In this document: one piece after another, positions 27,961 through 37,314 of the stretch
Numbering within the stretch: position 1 is the first letter of the stretch
Layout: every line of letters starts with the position of its first letter
From: an uncultured Verrucomicrobiota bacterium
Lineage (GTDB): Bacteria > Verrucomicrobiota > Kiritimatiellia > CAIKKV01 > CAITUY01
DNA: 64,000 bases
NCBI GenBank assembly: GCA_964611575.1
Contig: CAZTAJ010000001.1
Span: forward strand, 5,873 to 69,872
Reading direction: 5' to 3'
Program-made: the position numbers and the translations under genes
The notes under the pieces: model-generated
Databases searched by the model: none
Seen by the model: only the letters and a program-made list of their open reading frames with translations
What the model was told of the DNA's origin: nothing

Positions 27961-28467
27961 ATGAAGATCGGGCTCGATGAACGGTTGCTGATCTGGACGC
28001 TGATCACGTTTGGCGGCCTGGTGGCGCTGCTGGCGCGGTTCGCGTTCCGGCCCCTGCAACGGCTGGTTGATGAGCGCGAACGGACGATCCGGGATTCACT
28101 CGACCAGGCGCAGAAAGCCCGCGCGGAGGCCGAGGCCATCCGCGGGCAGGGTGCGGCGCAGATCGAGGCCGCCCGCGAGGCGGCGCGGCGCCTCATGGAG
28201 GACAGCCGCAAACTGGCCGCCGACGCGGACGCCGAGGTGCGGCGGCAGGCGCGGGTCGAAGCCGAAGCGCTGGTTTCCCGCGCCCGCGAGGAGATCGACC
28301 GCGATGTGCGGCGCGGGCTGGACGAACTCAAGGACACCGTGGCCAACCTGTCCGTGCGGGTATCGCGCGAGTTCATCAAGGACTCGCTCGACGAGAAACG
28401 GCACCGGGAGCTGGTGGATGAATTTATCGAACGACTCAAAGCCGAACACACCAAGCCTGGCGCCTGA
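27961..28467 (+). CDS. atpF: F0F1 ATP synthase subunit b
   Basis: An N-terminal TM helix followed by a long charged helix rich in A/E/R. Confidence 0.85.
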   Translation: MKIGLDERLLIWTLITFGGLVALLARFAFRPLQRLVDERERTIRDSLDQAQKARAEAEAIRGQGAAQIEAAREAARRLMEDSRKLAADADAEVRRQARVEAEALVSRAREEIDRDVRRGLDELKDTVANLSVRVSREFIKDSLDEKRHRELVDEFIERLKAEHTKPGA

Positions 28468-28996
28468 TCCCGCCCTGGCGGGATATGCCACGGCGCTGGC
28501 GGAACTGGCGGGAACGGCCGGCGGCGTCGAGACGGTGGAGCGCGAACTGGCCCAGGTGCTTGACCTGCTGGACAGAAGCGGTGAAATCTGCGACTTTCTG
28601 ACGAATCCGCAGGTTCCGGAGAAGGCCCAACGGGCGGCTCTCGAGGATCTGTTGCGGGGGCGCATCAGCCCCATGCTCCTGCACTGGCTCCTGATCCTGT
28701 TCGAGCAAGGGGCCTGGCGGCGTCTGCGTGAGACGGCGGAGGCCTTCTACGTTCTGGCCGGCGTGCGGTCCGAGGTCGCGGCGGCGGAAGTGACCGCGGC
28801 TGTGCCGCTGACCCCGGGCCAGGTGGCGTCCATCGAGCAGGCCGTGGGGGCGTGGCTGGGCCGGCCGGTGCGCTTGCGCCTGAGGGTGGACCGGTCCGTG
28901 ATCGGCGGCGTGGCGGTGCGGGTGGGCAACCGTATCATCGATGGCACCGTGGCGCACCGGTTGGAGGGGATGAGGGAGGCTTTGCTGGGTTTATGA
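28418..28996 (+). CDS. atpH: F0F1 ATP synthase subunit delta
   Basis: The C-terminal pattern ...VDRSVIGGVAVRVGNRIIDGTVAHRL is typical of OSCP/delta. The start at ATG 28418 is provisional and overlaps atpF. Confidence 0.7.
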   Translation: MNLSNDSKPNTPSLAPDPALAGYATALAELAGTAGGVETVERELAQVLDLLDRSGEICDFLTNPQVPEKAQRAALEDLLRGRISPMLLHWLLILFEQGAWRRLRETAEAFYVLAGVRSEVAAAEVTAAVPLTPGQVASIEQAVGAWLGRPVRLRLRVDRSVIGGVAVRVGNRIIDGTVAHRLEGMREALLGL

Positions 28997-31182
28997 GCAG
29001 ACGAACGCAAATCGGTTGGATGGCGGGCATGGCGGGAATTCTCGGCGTGACCACTTTGATCTGGTGGCATGCCGCGGCGGCGGATGCGGCGGCCCGGACG
29101 CCGCTGGCGCCGGACCCCTCGGCCGGCGACATCGCACGGCAGTTTGATCGCGTTTTGCCGCGGGCGCACCTGTCGCACCAACCTCTGGACGCTGCGATGG
29201 CGACCAACGCCCTGCAGATCTACCTGACGATGCTCGACTACGACCGGACCTATTTCCTGGCGTCCGACGTGGCGGAATTCGAGAAGGAGGCGGGCTTGCT
29301 GGCCGACCGGCTGTCCCGGGGCGACGTCGATTTTGCGTTCCGGGTGTTCGAACGCCTGAGGGCGCGCGTCAGGAATCGCGTCGAGAGGGTCGACGCCCTG
29401 CTCAAGAAGGGCTTTGACCTGTCCGTCGAGGAGACCTATTTCTGGAAACGCAAGGATGCGCCCTGGGCCGCGACGGAGGCGGAGTCCGACGAGCTGTGGC
29501 GGCGCAAGATCAAGAACGAGTACGTGGCGCGGGTCGTCAGCCAGCGGATGACCGAGGAGGAGCGCACCAATGCCCCTCCGGGCAAGGCCGGCGCGGACGC
29601 GCCGGCGGCCGGGGCCGCGACCAACGAGGCGGCCGGGGCCGATGCCCTGCTCTCGCCGGACGAGTTCATCCGGAAGCGCTACAAGCAGTACCTGATGGTC
29701 CTGGACGACAGTGACGCGGATTTTGTCCTGCAACGGTATTTCACGGCCTTCGCCCAGGCCTACGATCCGCACTCCGAATACATGACGGCCAGCAGTTCAG
29801 AGGATTTCGACATCAGCATGAAACTCTCGCTGGTCGGCATCGGGGCGCTGTTGAGCAGCGAGGATGGCGCGGCCCGGATCGAGAAGATCATTCCCGGTGG
29901 TCCCGCGGCTCGCGACGGCCGCCTGAAGGCCGGCGACCGGATCATCGCCGTGGCGCAGGGCAGTGAGCCGCCCGTGGATGTGCTGCACTGGCCGCTCTAC
30001 AAGACGGTGCGGCTGATTCGCGGGGAGAAGGGCACGAAAGTCGTGCTGACGGTCATGCCGGTCGCGGACATCTCCGGTTCGCGCACCATCAAGATCGACA
30101 TTGTTCGCGACGAGGTGAAACTCGAGGAGCAGGCCGCCAAGGGGGACGTTCACGCGATCGCCGGCCAGAACGGCGTGTCGAACACGATCGGCGTGATCCG
30201 GTTGCCGGCGTTTTACGCCGACATCCGGAATCGCATGAACGGCCGCTCGGAATTCCGCAGTTCGACGCGCGATGTGGCCGCCCTGGTCTCCGACATGAAG
30301 GCGAAACGGGTGGCCGGCATCCTGATCGACCTGCGCAGCAACGGCGGCGGTTCCCTGGCCGAGGCGGTGGAGATGACGGGGCTTTTCCTGACGTCCGGCC
30401 CCGTGGTGCAGGTGCGCGAGCAGCGGGGCATCCAGGTCCTCAGCGACCCGGACCCGGACGTGCTGTACACCGGCCCCCTGGTCGTGCTCGTCAACCGGCA
30501 CAGCGCGTCGGCGTCGGAAATCCTGGCGGGGGCGCTGCAGGACTACGGCCGCGCCGTGCTGGTGGGCGACTCGAAGACGCACGGCAAGGGCACCGTGCAG
30601 TCGCTGCAGAACCTCGATGAGCGCAATGCCAAGCTCGGGCAGATCAAGGTGACGACGCACAGTTTCTATCGTATCGCCGGCGGCTCCACGCAACTGAAGG
30701 GCGTCGTGCCGGACATCGTGATCCCGTCCGTGCTCGACGTGCTGGATGTGGGCGAGGAATTCCTGCCGCACGCCATGCCCTGGACGGTGGTCAACACGGC
30801 GCTCTACCGGCCGGTGATGAACCTCAAGCCGTTGGTCCCGGATCTGCGGCGCGCGTCCGAGGCGCGCCGCGCGAACGACCCGCGCTTCCAGGCCCAGGCC
30901 GGCATCGTCAAGCGCATCTACGAACACCAGGAGACCCCCGGGATTTCGCTCCGTCTGGCCGACCGCATGGCGTTGGCGCGGGAGGAGAAAGGGCTTGAGG
31001 AAGTGCAGCGGGAGGCGCTGGAGGGCGGCGAGGAGGAGCCGGCCGGCGAGAACCCCGCGAAGCGCGAGCACGATATCGTCCTGCTGGAAGCCCAACGCGT
31101 TCTGGCCGATCTCATCACGCTGACCTCCAAGGAGAAGACGAATGACGATCCCATTCTGGAAGATGCACGGGGCGGGCAATGA
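28993..31182 (+). CDS. S41 carboxy-terminal processing (tail-specific) protease
   Basis: A PDZ-like segment, then DLRSNGGGSL and SASASEI motifs. An ATGA overlap with atpH marks the start at 28993. Confidence 0.85.
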   Translation: MSRRTQIGWMAGMAGILGVTTLIWWHAAAADAAARTPLAPDPSAGDIARQFDRVLPRAHLSHQPLDAAMATNALQIYLTMLDYDRTYFLASDVAEFEKEAGLLADRLSRGDVDFAFRVFERLRARVRNRVERVDALLKKGFDLSVEETYFWKRKDAPWAATEAESDELWRRKIKNEYVARVVSQRMTEEERTNAPPGKAGADAPAAGAATNEAAGADALLSPDEFIRKRYKQYLMVLDDSDADFVLQRYFTAFAQAYDPHSEYMTASSSEDFDISMKLSLVGIGALLSSEDGAARIEKIIPGGPAARDGRLKAGDRIIAVAQGSEPPVDVLHWPLYKTVRLIRGEKGTKVVLTVMPVADISGSRTIKIDIVRDEVKLEEQAAKGDVHAIAGQNGVSNTIGVIRLPAFYADIRNRMNGRSEFRSSTRDVAALVSDMKAKRVAGILIDLRSNGGGSLAEAVEMTGLFLTSGPVVQVREQRGIQVLSDPDPDVLYTGPLVVLVNRHSASASEILAGALQDYGRAVLVGDSKTHGKGTVQSLQNLDERNAKLGQIKVTTHSFYRIAGGSTQLKGVVPDIVIPSVLDVLDVGEEFLPHAMPWTVVNTALYRPVMNLKPLVPDLRRASEARRANDPRFQAQAGIVKRIYEHQETPGISLRLADRMALAREEKGLEEVQREALEGGEEEPAGENPAKREHDIVLLEAQRVLADLITLTSKEKTNDDPILEDARGGQ

Positions 31183-31957
31183 TTTCATACTGGTCGACGA
31201 CCGCGCGCTGACCTTTCCCGCCAACGACAGCGCCTTTCTGCAGCGGCTGGCCGCGCGGCGCACGGGCGTCGGCAGCGAAGGCATCATCCTGATCCAGCCG
31301 TCGGCCACGGCGGATTTCCGCATGCGGTTCTTCAACCCGGACGGCAGCGAGGTCGACATGTGCGGCAACGGGGCGCGTTGTGTGGCGCGGCTGGCCCACG
31401 ACATCGGGGCGGCCCCGGCCCGAATGCATTTTGACACCGGCGCCGGCCTGCTGGCGGCCGGGATGGCCGGCACGCGCGTGCAGCTTACCATGACGACGCC
31501 GAAGGACTGGCGGCTGGACCAGTCGCTCGACCTGGCGGACGGACCCCACGCCTACGGGTTTGTCAACAGCGGCGTGCCGCATGTCGTGGTGCGGGTGGAG
31601 GATCTCGATGCGGTGGATGTGCAGGCCACGGGCGCCGCCATCCGTCGCCACAGTGCCTTTGCACCGAAAGGCACGAACGTCAACTTCATTGCCGTGACGG
31701 GTCCGCAGTCCCTGCGCATCCGGACCTACGAGCGCGGGGTGGAGGCCGAAACGCTGGCCTGCGGCACGGGCATCGTGGCCGCCGGGCTGATCGCCGGCCG
31801 CATGGGCTGGGTCAAGCCGGCCGTCCTGATCACCTGCGCCAGCGGCGACGTGCTGGAGGTGAATTACCGGCTGACGGCTGATGGCGCCGAGTCGGTCACG
31901 CTGCTCGGTCCCGCGGAATATGTGTTCCGGGGGACGGTGGACTATGACTCCGTATGA
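31142..31957 (+). CDS. dapF: diaminopimelate epimerase
   Basis: KMHGAGNDF, NPDGSEVDMCGNG and LACGTG. Confidence 0.9.
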   Translation: MTIPFWKMHGAGNDFILVDDRALTFPANDSAFLQRLAARRTGVGSEGIILIQPSATADFRMRFFNPDGSEVDMCGNGARCVARLAHDIGAAPARMHFDTGAGLLAAGMAGTRVQLTMTTPKDWRLDQSLDLADGPHAYGFVNSGVPHVVVRVEDLDAVDVQATGAAIRRHSAFAPKGTNVNFIAVTGPQSLRIRTYERGVEAETLACGTGIVAAGLIAGRMGWVKPAVLITCASGDVLEVNYRLTADGAESVTLLGPAEYVFRGTVDYDSV

Positions 31958-32727
31958 TCATCGCCTCATTTAACGTCAACTCGATCCGATCCCGGCTGGG
32001 CATCGTGCTGGACTGGCTGCGGGTGAACCAGCCGGACGTGTTGTGCGTGCAGGAAACCAAGGCCATCGACGCGGAGTTCCCTGCTGAGCCGATTCGCGCC
32101 GCGGGGTACCACGTCGTGTACCGCGGCGAGAAGGCGTACAACGGGGTTGCGTTGTTGTCACGGACGGAACCGAAACAGGTGCAGTTCGGGCTCGATGACG
32201 GGGGCCCCGCCGACGAGGCGCGGCTGGTGTCGGCCAGGATCGGCCCCGTCCATGTGATCAACACCTATGTGCCGCAGGGGCGCGAGATCGATCATGCGAT
32301 GTACCAGTACAAGTTGCAGTGGTTTGAGCGGTTGCGCGCCTATTGCGACCGGCATTGCTCGCCCCGCCAGCCGGTGCTGTGGGTGGGGGACCTGAATATC
32401 GCGCCGGAAGCGATGGACATCCATAACGCCGAAAAACAGGTGAACCACGTCTGTTATCATATCGACGCCCGACGGGCTTTTGCCGGCGCCGTGGCGTGGG
32501 GATTTGTCGATGTTTTCCGCAAGCATCATCCCGAGCCCGGGCAATACACGTTCTTCGATTACCGCCAGGTGGGTGCGGTGAAACGCAACCAGGGGTGGCG
32601 CATCGACCACATTCTTGCCACGCGGTCGCTCGCCGCCAAGTCGGTGCGGGCCTGGATCGACCTGCAGCCGCGGCTGGCGGAGAAGCCGTCGGATCATACG
32701 GTGTTGGCCGCGGAGTTCGCGGTGTGA
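31954..32727 (+). CDS. xth: exodeoxyribonuclease III
   Basis: MIIASFNVNSIR, CVQETK and a C-terminal SDHTV. Confidence 0.9.
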   Translation: MIIASFNVNSIRSRLGIVLDWLRVNQPDVLCVQETKAIDAEFPAEPIRAAGYHVVYRGEKAYNGVALLSRTEPKQVQFGLDDGGPADEARLVSARIGPVHVINTYVPQGREIDHAMYQYKLQWFERLRAYCDRHCSPRQPVLWVGDLNIAPEAMDIHNAEKQVNHVCYHIDARRAFAGAVAWGFVDVFRKHHPEPGQYTFFDYRQVGAVKRNQGWRIDHILATRSLAAKSVRAWIDLQPRLAEKPSDHTVLAAEFAV

Positions 32728-32744
32728 CGTAGGTTGAGGTCCAC

Positions 32745-33986
32745 ATGAACACGCCTCTCGATATGACGCTGGCGCTGCGGTTGGTGGTGGCGCTGGCCAT
32801 CGGGTTCCTCGTCGGCCTCGAACGTGAAGGCAGCCGGCGCGAGAACCGGCCGTTCTTCTTCGGCGGCGTGCGCACGTATCCCATTCTCAGCCTGTTCGGG
32901 TTCGGGTGCGCGTGGCTGTTCGAGCACGGCGCCACGGGCATGCTGCCGGCGGGGTTGCTGGCGGTGGCGGGAGTGGCGGGGGTTGCCTATTTTGAGAAGA
33001 TCCGCTCCGGTCGTTTCGGGGCGACCAGTGAAGTATCGGCGCTGCTGACCTTCACCGCCGGCGCTCTGGCGCTGCTGGCGGACATGCGGCTGGCCATGGC
33101 CATCGGCGTGATCAACACGATGCTGCTCTCGGAGAAATCCGCACTGGAGCGCTATGTCGAGCGCCTGGACCGCGCCGAATTCCTGGCGACGGTCAAGTTC
33201 CTGCTGGTAACGGCGGTCATCTATCCGGCGCTGCCGGACGTTGACTACACCGTCTACCGCATCAACCCGACGAAGATCTGGCAGATTGTGATGCTGGTGT
33301 CGGCGATCGGGTTCGGCGGCTACCTGCTGATGCGCAAACTGAGTCCGCGTGTCGGGCTGGCGCTGTCGGGGTTGATGGGCGGCATCGTCTCGAGCACGGC
33401 GGTCAGCGTGGCGGCCGGCCGGATCGCCCGCGAGAACCCGGCCCAGGCGCGGGCCGCCTTGCAGGCCAGCCTTTTGGCCAGCAGCGTGATGTATATCCGG
33501 CTGGTCGTGCTGCTGGCCGTGTTCGGCGGGCCGCTCCTGTGGCAGGCGGGCGGGGTGCTGTTGAGCCTGGCGGTGACGGGGTTCCTGATGGCGCTGACGG
33601 TGGCGCCGCCGGCCGACGCGCCCGGCGGGCCGGCGCCGGCGATGCAAAACCCGGTGGAAATCCGGGTGGCGGTGCTGTTCGCGCTCCTGTTCGTGGGACT
33701 CAAGGTGGCCACCGGCGTGGCGCGGGACCACCTGGGCGACGTGGGCGTCATGGCCCTGGCGGCCCTGGCGGGGCTGGCGGATGTGGACCCCTTCGTTCTG
33801 TCCATTATGCAGGGTCCCGCGGTGCGGCTGGCGGTGAGTGCCATCCTGATCGCGGTCATGGTGAATACCTTTGCCAAGGGGATTTACTTTGCGGTGGCGA
33901 GCCGGGGCAGCCCCAAGGCGGCCTTGACGCGCTACGGAATCTGGGTGGCCGTGCATGCCGTTTGGCTGCTGGCGCCGCTTCTCTAG
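32745..33986 (+). CDS. MgtC/SapB family membrane protein with DUF4010-like C-terminal domain
   Basis: The N-terminus LRLVVALAIGFLVGLEREG is typical of MgtC. It is polytopic throughout. Confidence 0.8.
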   Translation: MNTPLDMTLALRLVVALAIGFLVGLEREGSRRENRPFFFGGVRTYPILSLFGFGCAWLFEHGATGMLPAGLLAVAGVAGVAYFEKIRSGRFGATSEVSALLTFTAGALALLADMRLAMAIGVINTMLLSEKSALERYVERLDRAEFLATVKFLLVTAVIYPALPDVDYTVYRINPTKIWQIVMLVSAIGFGGYLLMRKLSPRVGLALSGLMGGIVSSTAVSVAAGRIARENPAQARAALQASLLASSVMYIRLVVLLAVFGGPLLWQAGGVLLSLAVTGFLMALTVAPPADAPGGPAPAMQNPVEIRVAVLFALLFVGLKVATGVARDHLGDVGVMALAALAGLADVDPFVLSIMQGPAVRLAVSAILIAVMVNTFAKGIYFAVASRGSPKAALTRYGIWVAVHAVWLLAPLL

Positions 33987-33991
33987 CATGC

Positions 33992-34055
33992 GGGGAGGGA
34001 AGGCGCTAGTGGCGCCTCAGGCGCCGTCTGCGGCGCGCAGCATGCGCGCCCTCCC
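33992..34055 (-). repeat. Y-shaped palindromic repeat, copy B (variant second hairpin)
   Basis: The minus strand reads GGGAG G GCGCGCA TGC TGCGCGC CGC AGAC GGCGCC TGA GGCGCC ACTAGCGCCTT CCCTCCCC. The first 34 nt match copy A at 33 of 34 positions. Confidence 0.85.
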
Positions 34056-34088
34056 ATGCGGGAGACAGTTCTCTTGGGAAGGAGCATC

Positions 34089-34550
34089 ATGAATAATCAA
34101 CAGTGGATCATCGGCAGACGGGCGGGCGCGTTGACCGTGCTGGTCGTGTTGGCTTTGGCTGCGGGTTGCGTGAGTACCCCGGCGCGACGGATTGCGAGGC
34201 ACCCCGAACTGTTCGCGGGTTATCCGCCCGCGGTTCAGGCCCAGATTCGCCGGGGGGAGATCGACATCGGGTTCACGCCGGACATGGTGCGGCTGGCGCT
34301 GGGCGAACCGTCCCGGGTATTGGCGCGCCAGACGGCGGCAGGCGCCACGGATGTGTGGAACTACACGGCGTTCCGGTACGACCCGACGATGAGGCCGGTC
34401 TGGATGGGGTACGCCTATCGCGGTCGCGATGGGCGGATCGTCCACGTTGACGACCCGGGTTTTGCGGGAGTCGACACGCGCGAGGAATACGTTGTGCTGC
34501 GGATCGAGTTCGAGAACGGCAAGGTCCGCGCCATCGAACGGCTGAAGTAG
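34089..34550 (+). CDS. hypothetical lipoprotein
   Basis: GGAAGGAG lies upstream of the ATG at 34089. It has the lipobox LALAAGC. I recognised no family; it may be BamE/SmpA-like (guess). Confidence 0.6.
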   Translation: MNNQQWIIGRRAGALTVLVVLALAAGCVSTPARRIARHPELFAGYPPAVQAQIRRGEIDIGFTPDMVRLALGEPSRVLARQTAAGATDVWNYTAFRYDPTMRPVWMGYAYRGRDGRIVHVDDPGFAGVDTREEYVVLRIEFENGKVRAIERLK

Positions 34551-34592
34551 ATTGTTCCGTCAGGAAAGGTGACGCTCATGCGTCGCATCTTC

Positions 34593-34643
34593 GGGAGGGA
34601 CGGCGTATCGCCGTCCGCGGCCCGCCACAGGCGGGCCCTCCCC
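34593..34643 (-). repeat. Y-shaped palindromic repeat, copy C
   Basis: The minus strand reads GGGGAG G GCCCGCC TGT GGCGGGC CGC GGACGGCG ATA CGCCGTCC CTCCC. Confidence 0.85.
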
Positions 34644-34685
34644 GGGGTTGCTTTCTGCCCGTTTTGGGCTGCCGTTGTCCCCACC

Positions 34686-35609
34686 TTACAGGCGCGGCAG
34701 GGCGAAGTGGAGATCCTCCTGGGCCACGTTGAGCGTTTCGACCCGCTCGAAACCCCGCTGCTTGAGGCGGTCGATGGTCTGGTTGACCCCGTACTCGGGC
34801 GTGGACGCGCCGGCGGTCAAGCCCAGGACCCTGACGTCGTCGAGCGGCAGGGCGTCGATTTCGGCGGGCGTGGCCACAAGCGTTGCGCGGCAGCCTTCCT
34901 CGCGGGCAACTTCCACGAGGCGCTGGGAGTTTGAGCTGTTCCGGGCGCCCAGCACGATGAAATAGTCGGCCTGGTGGGCGAACAGCCGGACGGCCTGCTG
35001 GCGGTTGCGGGTGGCATAGCAGATGTCGCTTTCAACCGGCGTTTGCAGACGGGGGAAGCGCGCGCGCAGGATCGCCAGCACCCGGGCGGTTTCGTCCGTG
35101 CTCAAGGTGGTCTGCGTCAGCACGGCGACCCGGGCCGGATCCGGAACGGCGACGACGGCCGCTTCGGCTTCACCCTCGACGACCACGACATGGCCGGGCG
35201 CTTCGCCGACCACCCCGATGACCTCGTCGTGGGCGCGGTGCCCGATCAGGATGACCGTGTCGCCGGCGGCCGCATAGCGCCTGACTTCGGCGTGCACTTT
35301 GGTCACAAACGGGCAAGTGGCGTCGATGGCCTTCAGATGACGGTCCGCCGCCGCGGCCCGCACGGCCGGCGTCACGCCGTGGGCGCTGAACAGCGTCGTG
35401 GCGCCCTCCGGGATATCGGCGATATCCTGCAAGAAAATCATGCCGCGGGAGGCCAGGTCGCCGATGATCTGGGGATTGTGCACGATCTCATGCAGGCAAT
35501 AGACCGGTTTGGGATACAGGCGGAGAAGCGTCTCGGCCATCTCGATCGCGCGTTCGACGCCGGCGCAGAATCCGTGGGGCGACACCAGCACAACGGTTCT
35601 CGGTTTCAT
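34686..35609 (-). CDS. ispH: 4-hydroxy-3-methylbut-2-enyl diphosphate reductase
   Basis: HGFCAGVERAI and HEIVHN. The start is at MKPRTVV (35609). Confidence 0.9.
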   Translation of the reverse strand: MKPRTVVLVSPHGFCAGVERAIEMAETLLRLYPKPVYCLHEIVHNPQIIGDLASRGMIFLQDIADIPEGATTLFSAHGVTPAVRAAAADRHLKAIDATCPFVTKVHAEVRRYAAAGDTVILIGHRAHDEVIGVVGEAPGHVVVVEGEAEAAVVAVPDPARVAVLTQTTLSTDETARVLAILRARFPRLQTPVESDICYATRNRQQAVRLFAHQADYFIVLGARNSSNSQRLVEVAREEGCRATLVATPAEIDALPLDDVRVLGLTAGASTPEYGVNQTIDRLKQRGFERVETLNVAQEDLHFALPRL

Positions 35610-35710
35610 GCGGCCGGATTCTCCCATACGGGCATTTTAGCCTGTAGCGATTCCCTGAAACTGTATATGATCCCGACGACAAACTAAAGTCACAACGGAA
35701 GCCGTGGCCG

Positions 35711-36172
35711 ATGTCGTTTCACTCGATTATCATCCGCCTCAACAACGCGATCGTGCGCAGGCGCCGGCTCAAGGTTGCGCCGGCGGACGTGCTGCTCCTG
35801 CTGCCGCATTGTCTGCACCACGAGTCATGTCCGCAGGATGTGGGCCGTCATCTCGACGAATGCCGGCGGTGCGGCAAGTGCAGCCTGGCGGGCCTGGCGC
35901 AGGTCCGGGACGACTACGGGGTCGTGTGCGGCGTGGTGGGCGGCGGCCGGCAGGCGCTGGAGCGGGTCAAGTCGCCGTCGATCAGGGCCATTGTGGCCGT
36001 GGCGTGCGAGAAGGAACTGGTGTCGGGCATTTTGGCGGCCTTCCCGAAGCCGGTGCTGGCCGTTCCGAACCGGACTCCCGAGGGGCCCTGCCGCAATACC
36101 CTGGCGGACATCGGCGCTGTCGTCCGCGCCCTGGAAACCTTCACGGAGCGCAGCACCGGCAAACGAGGCTGA
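35711..36172 (+). CDS. DUF116-family Cys-rich protein
   Basis: LLLLPHCLHHESCPQ...CRRCGKC is the characteristic DUF116 pattern. Confidence 0.7.
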   Translation: MSFHSIIIRLNNAIVRRRRLKVAPADVLLLLPHCLHHESCPQDVGRHLDECRRCGKCSLAGLAQVRDDYGVVCGVVGGGRQALERVKSPSIRAIVAVACEKELVSGILAAFPKPVLAVPNRTPEGPCRNTLADIGAVVRALETFTERSTGKRG

Positions 36173-36181
36173 ACAGAGACC

Positions 36182-37309
36182 ATGTCCACGACTCAGAACA
36201 ACCAGGCCCCGGCCGGTCCGTCGCGCGGCGGCCCCGATCAAGCGGTGGCGGGACCGGTCCGTGTTCTGCTGATTGAGGACAACCTGGGCTTTGCCTATGG
36301 CATCCGCGACATCCTGATGCGGCAAGCCGCCGGCCAATTCGTCGTGCATGAAGTCCATACTCTGGCCGAGGGTCTTGAGTTGGCGGACGGGGGCGGCATC
36401 GACGTGGTGCTGCTTGATCTGGGCCTGCCGGACAGCACCCGGATGGCGACGTTCGACCGCATGCATGCGCATGCGCCCCGCCTGCCCATCATCATCCTGA
36501 CGGTGCTCGACGATGACGACGTGGCGTTTCAGGCCATGCGAACGGGTGCGCAGGACTACCTGGTCAAGGAGCGCATCGACCGGCATCTGCTCGTGCGGGC
36601 GATTCGCTATGCCGTCGAACGGGTGCGGACCGACAACGCCTTGAGGGATCTCTCGGCCCGGCTCATGGACCTGCAGGATGCCGAGCGCCGGCGCATTGCC
36701 CGGGATCTGCACGACTCGACGGCCCAGACGCTGGCGGCGCTCTCCATGAGCCTCTCGCTGCTCCGCCGGACCATCGAGGGGCCCGGCCCGGCGGCGGCAT
36801 CCCAGGTGGACGAGTGCGCGCTCCTCGCGCGGCGGTGCTCGAACGAGTTGCGGACCATGGCCTATCTGCTGCACCCGCCCCTGCTGGACGAACTGGGGCT
36901 GGAGGGGGCGGTGCGCGATTACTGCGACGGGTTCGCGGAACGCAGCGGCATCCGCGTGGATCTGGCTTTGTCGCCCGATATCGGGCGACTGCCGAAAGAG
37001 ATCGAGAACGCGCTTTTTCGCGTCATGCAGGAGAGCCTGACCAATGTGCATCGACATTCCGGCAGCCGCACGGCCTCCATCCGGCTGAGTCGTAATCCGT
37101 CCGACGTGCGGCTGGAGGTCCAGGACGCGGGCCGGGGCCTGCCGCCCGGCATCGCGCAGGGCGGGGGCGGTTCGCCGGCCGGCGTGGGGGTGGGTATCGC
37201 CGGGATGCGGGAGCGGCTTGGGCAACTGGGCGGCCGGCTGGAGATTGTGACGGGGGACGGCGGGGTCAGGGTTGGAGCGGTGCTGCCCATCGCCACGGGG
37301 GGAGTCTGA
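36182..37309 (+). CDS. hybrid receiver (REC) + HisKA_3/HATPase_c sensor histidine kinase, cytoplasmic
   Basis: REC domain (VLLIEDN...VVLLDLGLPD). H-box LHDSTAQTL, N-box ESLTNVHRHS and G-box DAGRGL. It has no TM segment. Confidence 0.85.
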   Translation: MSTTQNNQAPAGPSRGGPDQAVAGPVRVLLIEDNLGFAYGIRDILMRQAAGQFVVHEVHTLAEGLELADGGGIDVVLLDLGLPDSTRMATFDRMHAHAPRLPIIILTVLDDDDVAFQAMRTGAQDYLVKERIDRHLLVRAIRYAVERVRTDNALRDLSARLMDLQDAERRRIARDLHDSTAQTLAALSMSLSLLRRTIEGPGPAAASQVDECALLARRCSNELRTMAYLLHPPLLDELGLEGAVRDYCDGFAERSGIRVDLALSPDIGRLPKEIENALFRVMQESLTNVHRHSGSRTASIRLSRNPSDVRLEVQDAGRGLPPGIAQGGGGSPAGVGVGIAGMRERLGQLGGRLEIVTGDGGVRVGAVLPIATGGV

Positions 37310-37314
37310 CGCCG

